A stretch of DNA of 64,000 nucleotides from Verrucomicrobiota bacterium (GTDB lineage Bacteria; Verrucomicrobiota; Verrucomicrobiia; Chthoniobacterales; UBA10450), in NCBI GenBank assembly GCA_003218395.1, contig QHNJ01000163.1, positions 1,676-65,675 of the forward strand, read 5' to 3'. A program made the translations under genes and the position numbers. Within the stretch, counting starts at the first letter, position 1. Every line of letters starts with the position of its first letter. Below, in pieces: positions 18,858 to 28,088 of the stretch. The notes beneath the pieces are model-generated. The model saw only the letters and a list, made by a program, of their open reading frames with translations, was not told the DNA's origin and ran no database searches.

Positions 18858-19754
18858 ATGCGAATCGTTTCTCATTCGTTCTGGCCGGTGCTGGTTTCCC
18901 TTTCGTGGGCAACAGTCGCCGTTGGAGCTGATCAGGAGCGACCGGATAACGCCGCCCGTACGATGGTCGAGACTGAAAAAAATTTCTATCAAGCCGGACA
19001 GGAGCGCGGAACGCGCGCCGCGTTTCTTGCATTTCTTGCCGATGATGGGGTTGTCTTCCGCCCCGGCCCTGTGAACGGCAAAAAGGTCTGGACAGAACGG
19101 CCAGAAACAGGTCTTGACCTCATCTGGGAACCGACATTCGCTTCGATGGCTCGGAGCGCCGATTTCGGATTCACAAGCGGCCCAGCGCAATGGAAGGCGA
19201 AGAAAGAAGACGAGAAACCGCTCGGTTACGGACAGTTCGTTTCGGTTTGGAAGAAACAGAAGGATGGCTGGTGGAAGGTAGCGCTCGATGTCGGGACAGA
19301 AAATCCTCGCCCGCGTGGTCCGTCTGAGCGGCTTCATGTGATCGTGCCGGACGTTGCACTCAATGTCGATCCTGCCGAGGCGCGCAAGGCATTGCAGCAA
19401 GCGCAGCAGAAATTCGCGGCGGCGGCTAAACGTGATTTGGCGGCTGCCTTAGTTTCCGTCGCCAGCGATAACATCCGAGTATATCGCGATGGCATTTTTC
19501 CTTCGATTGGAAAAGATGCCATTGCCTCGATTTTAGACGGGCCCGGCAAGATCTGGCTAGAACAAATAGGCGGTGACATGAGTTCCTCACGCGATATCGC
19601 TTACAGCTATGGAAAATATTCCATCGCGCGGATGCAAGGCGGTGCGCAGGGTTTTTACGTCCAAATTTGGCAGACTGATGCCAAAGGGGCATGGAACATA
19701 ATCATCGATCTGCAAAAGGATCTGCCTCCACCGGAAAACAAACCAGCGAGTTGA
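18858..19754 (+). CDS. secreted hypothetical protein, probably two NTF2/SnoaL-like (DUF4440-like) repeats
   Basis: Signal peptide MRIVSHSFWPVLVSLSWATVAVGA. Two similar halves, each ending in W.....GWK/AWN...D. The fold assignment is tentative. Confidence 0.45.
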   Translation: MRIVSHSFWPVLVSLSWATVAVGADQERPDNAARTMVETEKNFYQAGQERGTRAAFLAFLADDGVVFRPGPVNGKKVWTERPETGLDLIWEPTFASMARSADFGFTSGPAQWKAKKEDEKPLGYGQFVSVWKKQKDGWWKVALDVGTENPRPRGPSERLHVIVPDVALNVDPAEARKALQQAQQKFAAAAKRDLAAALVSVASDNIRVYRDGIFPSIGKDAIASILDGPGKIWLEQIGGDMSSSRDIAYSYGKYSIARMQGGAQGFYVQIWQTDAKGAWNIIIDLQKDLPPPENKPAS

Positions 19755-19890
19755 TTTCGGCGATTTGTTTTGGATCAGCCGGACTGAGGGTAAGATAAGG
19801 TCGTTCATGGCGCGGGGTTTTGCCTTCTGATCGAGCGAAGCCCAGCATGTATTGCCAAGGTCGAACGCAGCTCTTACTCTGTGCCACGGA

Positions 19891-20598
19891 ATGGATCGAG
19901 TAATTCTCATCGTTTCGACAATCTGCTTTCTCGCAGCGGTTGTACACACCGTTATTGAGCTGCGCGGCGGAGTGTTTCGGCCGATGCGATTCATTTTTTT
20001 TGCGGTCGGGTTGGGCTTTATTTTTCAGTCAGCGCTAATCTACATGCTGGTTGGCCCGGCCTATCGCCTCTCGCTCATGGGCGCGTTCACCGCGCCACTG
20101 GTCGTTTTGATTCAAGGATTCGCTCTAATTGCGCCAATCGACGTCCGGCATCCGGTGAAGGTGTCGGCAAATCCATGGCTGGAGTTTCACGCTTCCATCT
20201 CGATCGTAGCCTACGGTGCGTTCGCGCTCGCCTGCATCGCCGGCGTCATGTATCTCGTGCAGGAGCGCCAGCTCAAGACGCATCAACTGCATTCCATTTT
20301 TTATCATCTCCCGCCGCTCACCGATCTTTTTGCGGCTATCACGCGGCTGCTTTGGTTGGGCTTTGCCCTTTACACGCTTGGGATTGTGAGCGGGTTTTTT
20401 ACCGGGCGACCATTGCCGCACGTGCAAGTGGTGGCCGCTATTGGGGTTTGGCTGCTTTACGCTGCGATTTTGCAAGGCCGCCATCTTCGCCGCCTTGCGC
20501 CGAGACGCGTAGCCGCGCTTTGCGTTATTGGATTTAGCGCGGCGTTAACGCTCCTCTGGGGAATTACTTTCTCGGCCCAAACCCATCCGTTGCCATGA
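19891..20598 (+). CDS. cytochrome c assembly (CcsA/YpjD/HemX-like) family membrane protein upstream of hemA
   Basis: Multi-TM protein with WLEFHASISIVAYGAFALACIAGVMYLVQERQLK. Overlaps the hemA start, which is a common hemA neighbour arrangement. Confidence 0.6.
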   Translation: MDRVILIVSTICFLAAVVHTVIELRGGVFRPMRFIFFAVGLGFIFQSALIYMLVGPAYRLSLMGAFTAPLVVLIQGFALIAPIDVRHPVKVSANPWLEFHASISIVAYGAFALACIAGVMYLVQERQLKTHQLHSIFYHLPPLTDLFAAITRLLWLGFALYTLGIVSGFFTGRPLPHVQVVAAIGVWLLYAAILQGRHLRRLAPRRVAALCVIGFSAALTLLWGITFSAQTHPLP

Positions 20599-21674
20599 AT
20601 CTTTTCTGTGTCGGCTTGAGCCATCACACCGCAGACGTGGAGGCGCGCGAGCGCTTCGCCGGCCGCGCTGAGACCGATCGCGTTCTGCGGGGAGCTGGTT
20701 GCGCGGAAGCGCTCGTGCTCACGACTTGTAATCGGGTCGAAGTTTACGGCGCGTCGGAAAAACGCGTTTCGACAGCCGAGATCGCGCATTGTCTACTGCG
20801 CAAGACTGACATGACCGACAATAAACCTCACCAATATGCAGTACCATTTTACCGTTACGAGGACGCCCGGTGCGTACAGCATCTTTTTCGGGTTGCTTCA
20901 GGTCTCGATTCGATGGTGGTTGGCGAGACTGAAATTCTCGGCCAGGCGAAAAAGGCGTACGAATCGGCGCGAACTTCAGCTGCGGTCGGGCCGTATCTTC
21001 ACCGCCTGTTCCAGCGTGCCTTTCGGGTTGCGAAGCAGGTTCGCACGCGCACTGAAATTACGCGCGGCTCGGTATCGGTGGGCTCCGTGGCGGTTGACCT
21101 TGCCCAGAAAATTTTTGGCAAGCTCAGCGTTTGCAAAGTCCTTGTGCTTGGTGCTGGTGAAACAAGCGAGCGTACTGCCCGGGCGCTTGTTTCTCGCGGG
21201 GCGTGCGACCTTAGGGTGAGCAATCGATCGACCGATCGTGCTCACGAACTGGCACGACTGGTTGGCGGCCGTGCAATTCCGTTCGATGAATGGCCGGAGC
21301 AGTGTTGTGAGATTGACATCTTGATTACATCCACATCGTCTGAAGCGCCATTGCTAACGCCCGAGAATCTGGCACCCACGCTCCGGGATCGCATCGACCG
21401 CCCGCTTTTTATTATTGATATTGCCGTGCCACGCGATGTCGATCCCAGCGTAAACAAATTGGAAGGCGTTTATCTTTACGACATTGATTCGTTGCAATCG
21501 GTCGCCGAACAATCGCTTGCGTTAAGGCGCCAGCAAATCGCCGCTGCCGAGGCAATCATTGCTGAACATGTCGCGGATTTTGTCGATTCGATTTCGCGTG
21601 GTTTGAATCGGATCTCCCGAATTACCGAACATCCTTCTGCCTCTGGTAATTCTCTGCGCTCTTCGGAATTGTAG
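20595..21674 (+). CDS. hemA: glutamyl-tRNA reductase (short; C-terminal dimerisation region apparently truncated)
   Basis: TCNRVEVY catalytic Cys motif, VASGLDSMVVGETEILGQAK and NADPH site VLVLGAGETSE. It is 359 aa versus about 420 typical. Its TAG stop (21672-21674) lies inside the REP at 21670-21693. Confidence 0.85.
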   Translation: MNLFCVGLSHHTADVEARERFAGRAETDRVLRGAGCAEALVLTTCNRVEVYGASEKRVSTAEIAHCLLRKTDMTDNKPHQYAVPFYRYEDARCVQHLFRVASGLDSMVVGETEILGQAKKAYESARTSAAVGPYLHRLFQRAFRVAKQVRTRTEITRGSVSVGSVAVDLAQKIFGKLSVCKVLVLGAGETSERTARALVSRGACDLRVSNRSTDRAHELARLVGGRAIPFDEWPEQCCEIDILITSTSSEAPLLTPENLAPTLRDRIDRPLFIIDIAVPRDVDPSVNKLEGVYLYDIDSLQSVAEQSLALRRQQIAAAEAIIAEHVADFVDSISRGLNRISRITEHPSASGNSLRSSEL

Positions 21675-22191
21675 CGGCGGTCTATGACCGCCGAAACTCG
21701 AAAGCAGCGCCTGCCTCGCCTCGAGTTCCTGTTCGTGTCGCTAGCCCATCTACTTCGTCACCGCCTGCACAAAAGATCGGCAAAAATTTCTTGCGACGGC
21801 GGCCGTCAACAAAACTTTTCTGCGCTTTGGGCAAGAACGTCCTGCGCATGGAGGATGGATCGGCGCGTATGTGACTATGCCTGATCAATTGCACCTATTC
21901 GTCACAACTGATGACGAAAAAATCACACTTGCAGCGCGGACGAAATCTTTGAAGAATACGATTTCGAAGGCTCTGCGTTCGACTGGAGTTGCCCGCCATT
22001 GGCAGAAGACATTTTTAAACCACTTGCTTTGGAGTGATCGGTCATCGCACAAAAGTGGAGCGACGTTCGTGACAACCCGGTGTGGGCTGGACTCGTAAAA
22101 AAAGCTGAGGACTGGCCGTTTATGGGCGAGATCTTTGCGTTGGAATATCGCTTCGGGTAATAAGGTTCGGCGGTCATAGACCGCCGCTACA
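21670..22191 (+). mobile_element. decayed REPtron: RAYT pseudogene bracketed by inverted GTAG+hairpin REPs
   Basis: TGTAGCGGCGGTCTATGACCGCCG (21670-21693) and its exact reverse complement CGGCGGTCATAGACCGCCGCTACA (22168-22191) flank an IS200-like Y1 transposase remnant. Confidence 0.8.
21684..22160 (+). pseudogene. REP-associated tyrosine transposase (RAYT, IS200/IS605 Y1 family) remnant with two frameshifts
   Basis: The pieces lie in three frames: RLPRLEF | IYFVTACTKDRQKFL...YVTMPDQLHLFV...HWQKTFLNHLL | KWSDVRDNPVWAGLVKKAEDWPFMG. The HUH motif is degraded to QLH, and the Tyr position before NPV is Asp. Confidence 0.75.
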
Positions 22192-22204
22192 GAAAGCTCC
22201 AATT

Positions 22205-23155
22205 GTGAAAACCTCGCAGATTGTGCTTGGGACGCGCGGCAGCGAGCTTGCTCGGGCGCAGGCGCATTTGGTTGAAAAAGCAGTTCAATCAGCCTGGCCG
22301 GCACTGAAGATCGACATAAAAATCATCGCGACCAAAGGGGATGAGCCGCGCATGCCGGTTCGAGACTTCCGCCTGGGACGGAAAGGATTATTCACCGCAG
22401 AAATTGAGCGGGCGCTCCGCACCGGAGATGTCGATGTTGCGGTACATAGCGCGAAGGATTTGCCAAGCGAAAAGAACCCGGGCGCGGAGATTGCAGTGGT
22501 GTTTCCGCGCGCTCGAATAGATGACGTTCTAGTGTCAAAACACTCGGGCGGCCTGGCTGGCCTTCCGGATGGCGCGACGATCGCGACCGGCAGTGTGCGT
22601 AGGAAACACCAGCTGCTCTGGAAATGTGCGGATCTCAAGATTATCGCTCTTCGCGGCAACGTGCCGACGCGTTTGCGCAATCTCGCGGAGAACGAGTGGG
22701 ACGCGATTGTACTTGCGCGTGCAGGGCTCGAGCGGCTCGGCCTGTCGCTAGCCCAGAACGAAATCAACTTTGAAGACTCGCAATTCTTTCTTGAGGTCCT
22801 TCCGAGCGAAATATTTTTACCCGCAGGCGGGCAGGGGATCATAGCTCTGCAAATTCGTGTTGGCGACGAAAGGGCAAAGGCGATCATCGATCCCGTGAAT
22901 GATCGCGAGACGTTGCTTTGTTTGCGCGCGGAGCGAGAATTTCTGCGTTTGTTGCACGGTGATTGCAATTCGCCGGTGGGCGTCTTGGCGAAGATCGACA
23001 ATGGCAAGATGAAATTGCGTGCGCAAGTTTTCGATCAAGGCTTGGCGGCGCCGCGTGAGAGCAAAGTGGAAGGCGAGTGCGCCGAGGGCGAGCGTCTCGC
23101 CGTACAATTACTAAGGCAGATCAATGGAGAGCAGGAGAAAGAGCGAGAGCACTAA
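22205..23155 (+). CDS. hemC: hydroxymethylbilane synthase (porphobilinogen deaminase)
   Basis: LGTRGSELARAQA, ...TKGD..., AVHSAKDLP, RGNVPTRL and the cofactor Cys in GDCNSPVG. GTG start. Confidence 0.92.
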   Translation: MKTSQIVLGTRGSELARAQAHLVEKAVQSAWPALKIDIKIIATKGDEPRMPVRDFRLGRKGLFTAEIERALRTGDVDVAVHSAKDLPSEKNPGAEIAVVFPRARIDDVLVSKHSGGLAGLPDGATIATGSVRRKHQLLWKCADLKIIALRGNVPTRLRNLAENEWDAIVLARAGLERLGLSLAQNEINFEDSQFFLEVLPSEIFLPAGGQGIIALQIRVGDERAKAIIDPVNDRETLLCLRAEREFLRLLHGDCNSPVGVLAKIDNGKMKLRAQVFDQGLAAPRESKVEGECAEGERLAVQLLRQINGEQEKEREH

Positions 23156-24683
23156 CGAGAACGGAAAGGTTTATCTCGTTGGAGCAGGGCCGGGAGATCT
23201 TGGTCTGGTCACGTTGCGGGCAAAGGAATGCATCGAACGTGCAAATGCGATCGTTTACGATCATCTGACAAATCCGGAGATCCTTAGTTGGGCGCGCGAT
23301 GATGCGGAGATTATTTACGCCGGCAAAGAGGCGGGCCAACACTCGTTAAGCCAGCAAGAGATTAACGCGCTGCTGATTGAGAAAGCGCGCGCAGGAAAGG
23401 ATGTCGTCCGGTTGAAGGGCGGGGATCCGTTTGTGTTTGGTCGAGGCGCAGAAGAAGCGCGAGCAATCGTTGATGCGGGAATTGAATTTGAAATTGTGTC
23501 AGGAATCACCTCGGCAATCGCCGGCCCGGCCTACGCCGGAATTCCCATGACGCATCGTGCCGAAAATTCGCACATCACATTTTTTACTGGGCACGAAGAT
23601 CCAGCGAAGACCGAAAGTACGATTGACTACGCTGCGCTGGCAAAACTTGGCGGCACCCAAGTGATGTTGATGGGCGTGAAACGTCTCGGTTCGATTGCGC
23701 GCGAAATGCTTGAGCAAGGTGTGAGAAATGATTTGCCCGTCGCGCTCGTGCGCTGGGCCACAACCGGGCGGCAGGAAACGCTCACCGGAACCCTTCAGAA
23801 CATCGCGCAACGAGCTGTCGCGAGCGGCTTTGAAGCACCGGCGGTCGCCGTATTTGGAGAAGTTGTCGCTTTGCGTGAAACCCTGAATTGGTATGAGAAC
23901 CGGCCGCTCTCGGGGAAGCGGATTGTGGTTACGCGAACACGAAAACAAGCGAGCGCGTTAAGCAACAAGTTACGTACGCTCGGTGCTCACGTGGTCGAAT
24001 TGCCGACGATCCGAATCGAGCCGCCCGGCGATTTACGCGGCTTCGCCCAGCTAGTGCAGGATGCGCATGTTTACGATTGGATCGTTTTCACGAGCGCAAA
24101 TGGCGTCGAAGCATTTTTCGACGTCTTCTTCAAACTGTACGACGACGCTCGTGAGATCGGCGGCGCGCGGATCGCAGCCATCGGCCCGGCTACAGCGCAA
24201 CGGGTGAAAGACTTTCATCTGCACGTCGATCTTCAGCCGGAGGAGTTCGTAGCGGAAGCGGTTGTAAAGGAGTTTCAGAAACAGGGTGGCATTGAGAATT
24301 TGCGGATTCTACTGGTGCGCGGGGAAAACGCGCGGGACGTGCTTCCAAAAGAGCTCTCGGGTTTGGGAGCAATTGTGGACAAAGCTTTCGCTTATCGCAC
24401 GGTGCCGGAAACGCGCGATCCCACCGGTGCGGGCCGGCAGCTGACGAAGGAAGGGGCCGATCTGATCACATTTACCAGCTCTTCGACGGTGGAAAATTTT
24501 CTCGCGCTTGGATTGCCGTGGCCGAAGGGAATGCAAGTCGCGAGCATCGGGCCGATCACGTCAAAAACTGCGCGGGATCACGGTTTGAACATCGACATCG
24601 AAGCGCGCCGGCACGACATCGACGGTTTGGTGGAGGCAATCGGCGACTTTTTCGCAGCAGGAAACGCCAGGAAACAGAGTTAG
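23124..24683 (+). CDS. bifunctional uroporphyrinogen-III C-methyltransferase / uroporphyrinogen-III synthase
   Basis: N-terminal SUMT domain (VYLVGAGPGDLGLVTLRA...RLKGGDPFVFGRGAEE). C-terminal HemD-like domain (RIVVTR...WIVFTSANGV...ITFTSSSTV). Confidence 0.88.
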   Translation: MESRRKSESTNENGKVYLVGAGPGDLGLVTLRAKECIERANAIVYDHLTNPEILSWARDDAEIIYAGKEAGQHSLSQQEINALLIEKARAGKDVVRLKGGDPFVFGRGAEEARAIVDAGIEFEIVSGITSAIAGPAYAGIPMTHRAENSHITFFTGHEDPAKTESTIDYAALAKLGGTQVMLMGVKRLGSIAREMLEQGVRNDLPVALVRWATTGRQETLTGTLQNIAQRAVASGFEAPAVAVFGEVVALRETLNWYENRPLSGKRIVVTRTRKQASALSNKLRTLGAHVVELPTIRIEPPGDLRGFAQLVQDAHVYDWIVFTSANGVEAFFDVFFKLYDDAREIGGARIAAIGPATAQRVKDFHLHVDLQPEEFVAEAVVKEFQKQGGIENLRILLVRGENARDVLPKELSGLGAIVDKAFAYRTVPETRDPTGAGRQLTKEGADLITFTSSSTVENFLALGLPWPKGMQVASIGPITSKTARDHGLNIDIEARRHDIDGLVEAIGDFFAAGNARKQS

Positions 24684-24725
24684 GACTGGCCAATTCCGCA
24701 ATCGGCAATCCGAAATCGAAAATTG

Positions 24726-24923
24726 TCAGGACGGATTGAAGCGGAATCTAGTGCGGACGCGCTTGGCGTTGGCTTTTGCTTTGCGGCGGTGCTTTTGCGA
24801 AGGCGTCTCGAAGGCGCGCAAACGGCGGACCTCCTCGAGAATGCCTTCGGCATCAAGCTTGTTTTTCAGCCGCTTTAGCGCGCGATCGACGGGTTCACCT
24901 TTGCGAACGATCACTTCTGGCAT
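24726..24923 (-). CDS. rpsU: 30S ribosomal protein S21
   Basis: MPEVIVRKGEPVDRALKRLKNKLDAEGILEEVRRLRAFETPSQKHRRK. Confidence 0.92.
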   Translation of the reverse strand: MPEVIVRKGEPVDRALKRLKNKLDAEGILEEVRRLRAFETPSQKHRRKAKANAKRVRTRFRFNPS

Positions 24924-25033
24924 CGATAATCACTCCTAGGTTTAAAAAATAGACTTAACCGGCGAGTCTGAGCCTACTCGGGCGAGGCGACCTCGTCAAA
25001 TCTCACCAGAAAACGCCGCCGCGGCCGTTTAAT

Positions 25034-25057
25034 TTGTAGCCACGGCTCTGTGAGCCG
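25034..25057 (+). repeat. single GTAG+hairpin REP unit (variant)
   Basis: TGTAGCCA-CGGCTC-TGT-GAGCCG-C lies in the rpsU/secDF intergenic region. Confidence 0.55.
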
Positions 25058-25132
25058 CTAATTGGTGAGCTGTTACCTGTGATCGTTCTTTCGACCTAGC
25101 GCAGGAAAGAAGGACGGCTTTGCAATCCGTCT

Positions 25133-27475
25133 CTACCGTTGGGCGAGCGGGTTAGCCGTGGCCGCTTTTTCAGTGATTTCGCGTCGAAGAGCGGTGGCAC
25201 TGCCGCCACGCGCGCGTGTCCACCAGAGAACAATAGGCGAAGCGATAAAGATCGAGGAGTAGGTGCCCACGACCACACCAACGATGATGGCGAGAGAAAA
25301 GTCGCGCAGCACGGCGCCGCCAAAGAAGAACAGGCAAAGAATCGGGATAAGCGTCACTGTGCTTGTAAGAATGGTGCGGCTGAGCGTCTGGTTGATGCTC
25401 GAGTTCATAATTTCCTCGATCGTGCCGCGGCGCCCGCTGGCCAGGCCTTCCCGAATCCGGTCGTAAACGACAATGGTGTCGTTAATGGAATAACCGGCGA
25501 TGGTTAGGACAGCGCCGACCATCGTTAGAGTCAGCTCGCGGCCGAGGAGCGAGAACATGCCAACCGTCATGAGCACGTCGTGCAGGAGCGCGACAATCGC
25601 TCCCACCGCAAAGGAAAGTTCGAAGCGGAAGGTTACGAAAATTAAGATGCCGAGAATGCCGAGGCCGAGCGCGATGAGCGAGCTTTTCGCCAGTTCACCG
25701 CCCACGAGCGCGCCCACGCGTTCCGAGCCTTCCACTTTAAATCCGGTGCCTGGAATTGTCTGCATGATTTGCTTTTCCACTTTATCGCTCGTGTTCAGTG
25801 GAGTACGGACGGTGATGTAGCTCTTGCCCCCCTGGGTGGATTCCTGAATTGACGCGTCGGCAAATCCGATCGGCTTGAGCGCATCGCGCACCTGTCCGAT
25901 GTCGATCTTGCCCGGTGCGCTCAATGTGATCAGGTCGCCGCCGCGAAAATCGACGCCAAAGTTACGGTCCCCACGCGTGTAAAATGCCAACGCGCCGGCC
26001 AGAAGCAGAGCGAGCGAGCACATGCAGGCAAGAAAGCCTTTGCCGAGGAAGTTGATGTTTTGCGCCGAAATCAAATGCAACATCGAGATGCGCTTCAACC
26101 GTCCTGTATCGACAAACCAGCCGAGGCAGTTCCGCCCCACGATGAGGGCCGTGAACAACGAGGCCAAAATGCCGAGCGTAAGTGAGATGGCGAATCCTTT
26201 CACCGGGCCGCTGGCCTTCCAAAACAGGATCGCCGCCGTTATCAAAGTCGTCACGTTGGCGTCGAAGATGGAGCTAAAAGCTTTCTCGTAGGCCGTCTTT
26301 ACCGCGACCTTGAGCGATTTTCCGAGAGCCATTTCTTCACGTAATCGTTCGTAAATGAGCACATTCGCGTCCACCGAAAGGCCGATCGTCAAAATGATGC
26401 CGGCAATGCCCGGTAATGTGAGGACAAAGTGAAACATCGTCAGCGCGCCGATGAGCAGGACGAGATTTATGATCAGCGCGAGATTTGCGACGAGACCGGG
26501 AATTTTGTAGTAGACAGCCACACAGACGAGCGTGATGGCGAGTCCAACCAAGCCGGCGAGAATGCTCGCGCGAATGGAATCCAGCCCGAGAGTGGGCGAG
26601 ACGCTGCGCTCTTCCTCGATGCTCACGGGTGTTTGCAGCGGGTTCTCAAGCACGCTGGCGAGCCCGCGAGCCTCGTGTTCCGAGAATTTGCCGGTGATGA
26701 TGGCGTCACCGCCATAGATGGCATCGCGGATAACTGGCGCAGATTGAATTAGCCCATCCAGGACAATTGCGAAGCGGTGGCCTTTGTATTGCTCGGTGAT
26801 CTGGCCGAACTTCTTGGCTCCCTCGCTGTCAAACTTTAATTGCACGGTCCACCCCTCGTTGCCGTAGTAAGCGTTTGAGGCTGAAACTCGGTCGCCGCCG
26901 AGGTCGGCTTTCTTTTTTACCAGCAACCGCTCTTCGACCGGTTTTTCATTTCCTTCTGCGGTGTGCTTGTAAGATTCGATGCGATATTCCGGAGGAATAA
27001 CTTCCTTGCCAGCATCAATGGCGCGCAAGCGTTCGCCGTTGTCTGGATAAACCAAGCGAAACTCCAACTTCGCGACGCGCGAGAGCTGATCTCGCGCCTC
27101 CTGAATCTTAGCGGTGTCCAGTCCTGGAATTTGGACAAGAATCCGATCGCTGCCGACCGGACTGATGATTGGTTCGCCGCCGCCAAAATAATCGACGCGC
27201 TTGCGAATGACCTCGACCGCCTGGTCGAGCATGCCCTTGTTCACTTCTTTGTCGCCGCCCTTCAACCGGATGAGGAAGGACGTGCCGCCTTGAATGTCGA
27301 GGCCGAGCGCGATTTTTTTCTGTGGCGGCCAGATCGTGATGATGCTGAAAGTGACGAGAAGCAGCATCAGCGTGGCTGCGAGCAGGTGTTTCCTGAGGCC
27401 TTGATCGGTCGCAAAGTACCACCCGAAGAGAATGAGCATGACGAGCCCGATAAAAAATGTCAGCCCAGCGGTCAT
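25133..27475 (-). CDS. secDF: protein translocase subunit SecDF (fusion)
   Basis: SecD part (LGLDIQGGTSFLI, large periplasmic domain, six TMs). SecF part (NFLGKG...GVDFRGGDLITL, six TMs). Confidence 0.9.
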   Translation of the reverse strand: MTAGLTFFIGLVMLILFGWYFATDQGLRKHLLAATLMLLLVTFSIITIWPPQKKIALGLDIQGGTSFLIRLKGGDKEVNKGMLDQAVEVIRKRVDYFGGGEPIISPVGSDRILVQIPGLDTAKIQEARDQLSRVAKLEFRLVYPDNGERLRAIDAGKEVIPPEYRIESYKHTAEGNEKPVEERLLVKKKADLGGDRVSASNAYYGNEGWTVQLKFDSEGAKKFGQITEQYKGHRFAIVLDGLIQSAPVIRDAIYGGDAIITGKFSEHEARGLASVLENPLQTPVSIEEERSVSPTLGLDSIRASILAGLVGLAITLVCVAVYYKIPGLVANLALIINLVLLIGALTMFHFVLTLPGIAGIILTIGLSVDANVLIYERLREEMALGKSLKVAVKTAYEKAFSSIFDANVTTLITAAILFWKASGPVKGFAISLTLGILASLFTALIVGRNCLGWFVDTGRLKRISMLHLISAQNINFLGKGFLACMCSLALLLAGALAFYTRGDRNFGVDFRGGDLITLSAPGKIDIGQVRDALKPIGFADASIQESTQGGKSYITVRTPLNTSDKVEKQIMQTIPGTGFKVEGSERVGALVGGELAKSSLIALGLGILGILIFVTFRFELSFAVGAIVALLHDVLMTVGMFSLLGRELTLTMVGAVLTIAGYSINDTIVVYDRIREGLASGRRGTIEEIMNSSINQTLSRTILTSTVTLIPILCLFFFGGAVLRDFSLAIIVGVVVGTYSSIFIASPIVLWWTRARGGSATALRREITEKAATANPLAQR

Positions 27476-27516
27476 TTCTTTGTCATTCCGAGCGGAGTCG
27501 AGGAATCTCTCACTGT

Positions 27517-27861
27517 TTAAGACTCAACCGATTTCAGCACCGTTGCGATGGCCGATTTTTCCATCTCGACCTTTACGTTGTCAGCTACTTTTACGATCAC
27601 CGTGGTCTCTTTCACGTTGGAGATAAGGCCGTGAATGCCGCCGTTCGTTACTACGCGATCGCCCGTCTTTATACTCGCAATCAATTTCTGTTGCTGCTGC
27701 TGCCGTTTTTTCTGCGGCCGGATCATCACGAAATACATGATGATAAAAATGAAAATGAACGGCACAAAGAAGCCGATGCCGCTGGCCGGACTGGCTGTAG
27801 GAGCGGCGCTTTGTGCCTGAGCTAGAAACATGTGGAGCATATCAAGAATTGGAGATCGCAC
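27517..27861 (-). CDS. yajC: preprotein translocase subunit YajC
   Basis: Single TM followed by MIRPQKKRQ...IKTGDRVVTNGGIHG.I. Confidence 0.85.
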   Translation of the reverse strand: MRSPILDMLHMFLAQAQSAAPTASPASGIGFFVPFIFIFIIMYFVMIRPQKKRQQQQQKLIASIKTGDRVVTNGGIHGLISNVKETTVIVKVADNVKVEMEKSAIATVLKSVES

Positions 27862-28001
27862 CTTAAGCGCGAACGCCTCCGCTGCAATCGCTGTTTGTCA
27901 TGTCGAGCGAACATGCCAGTCCGGTCCGCCAATCCTTGGACTCGTTCTGTGGCGAGCTCAGACCGAGACATATCTAACTGCTTTTACGTGAGAGGAGTCG
28001 A

Positions 28002-28088
28002 CCACGGATCGACACGGATTTTCACAGATTCAGAACAGGGACTGAGCTAAGAAGGGGAAATGGGTGTTTCATCTGTGTGAATCTGTGG
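28002..28088. repeat. CACGGAT/CACAGAT-type hairpin repeat overlapping the 3' end of tgt
   Basis: CCACGGATCGACACGGATTTTCACAGAT (28002-28029) faces ATCTGTGTGAATCTGTGG (28071-28088). A related inverted pair occurs at 48081-48164. Confidence 0.6.

Noticed and set aside
27832-28050. A 72-aa ORF between yajC and tgt.
   Set aside because: It consists largely of the CACGGAT/CACAGAT hairpin repeat (...HGSTRIFTD...) and has no coding signature.
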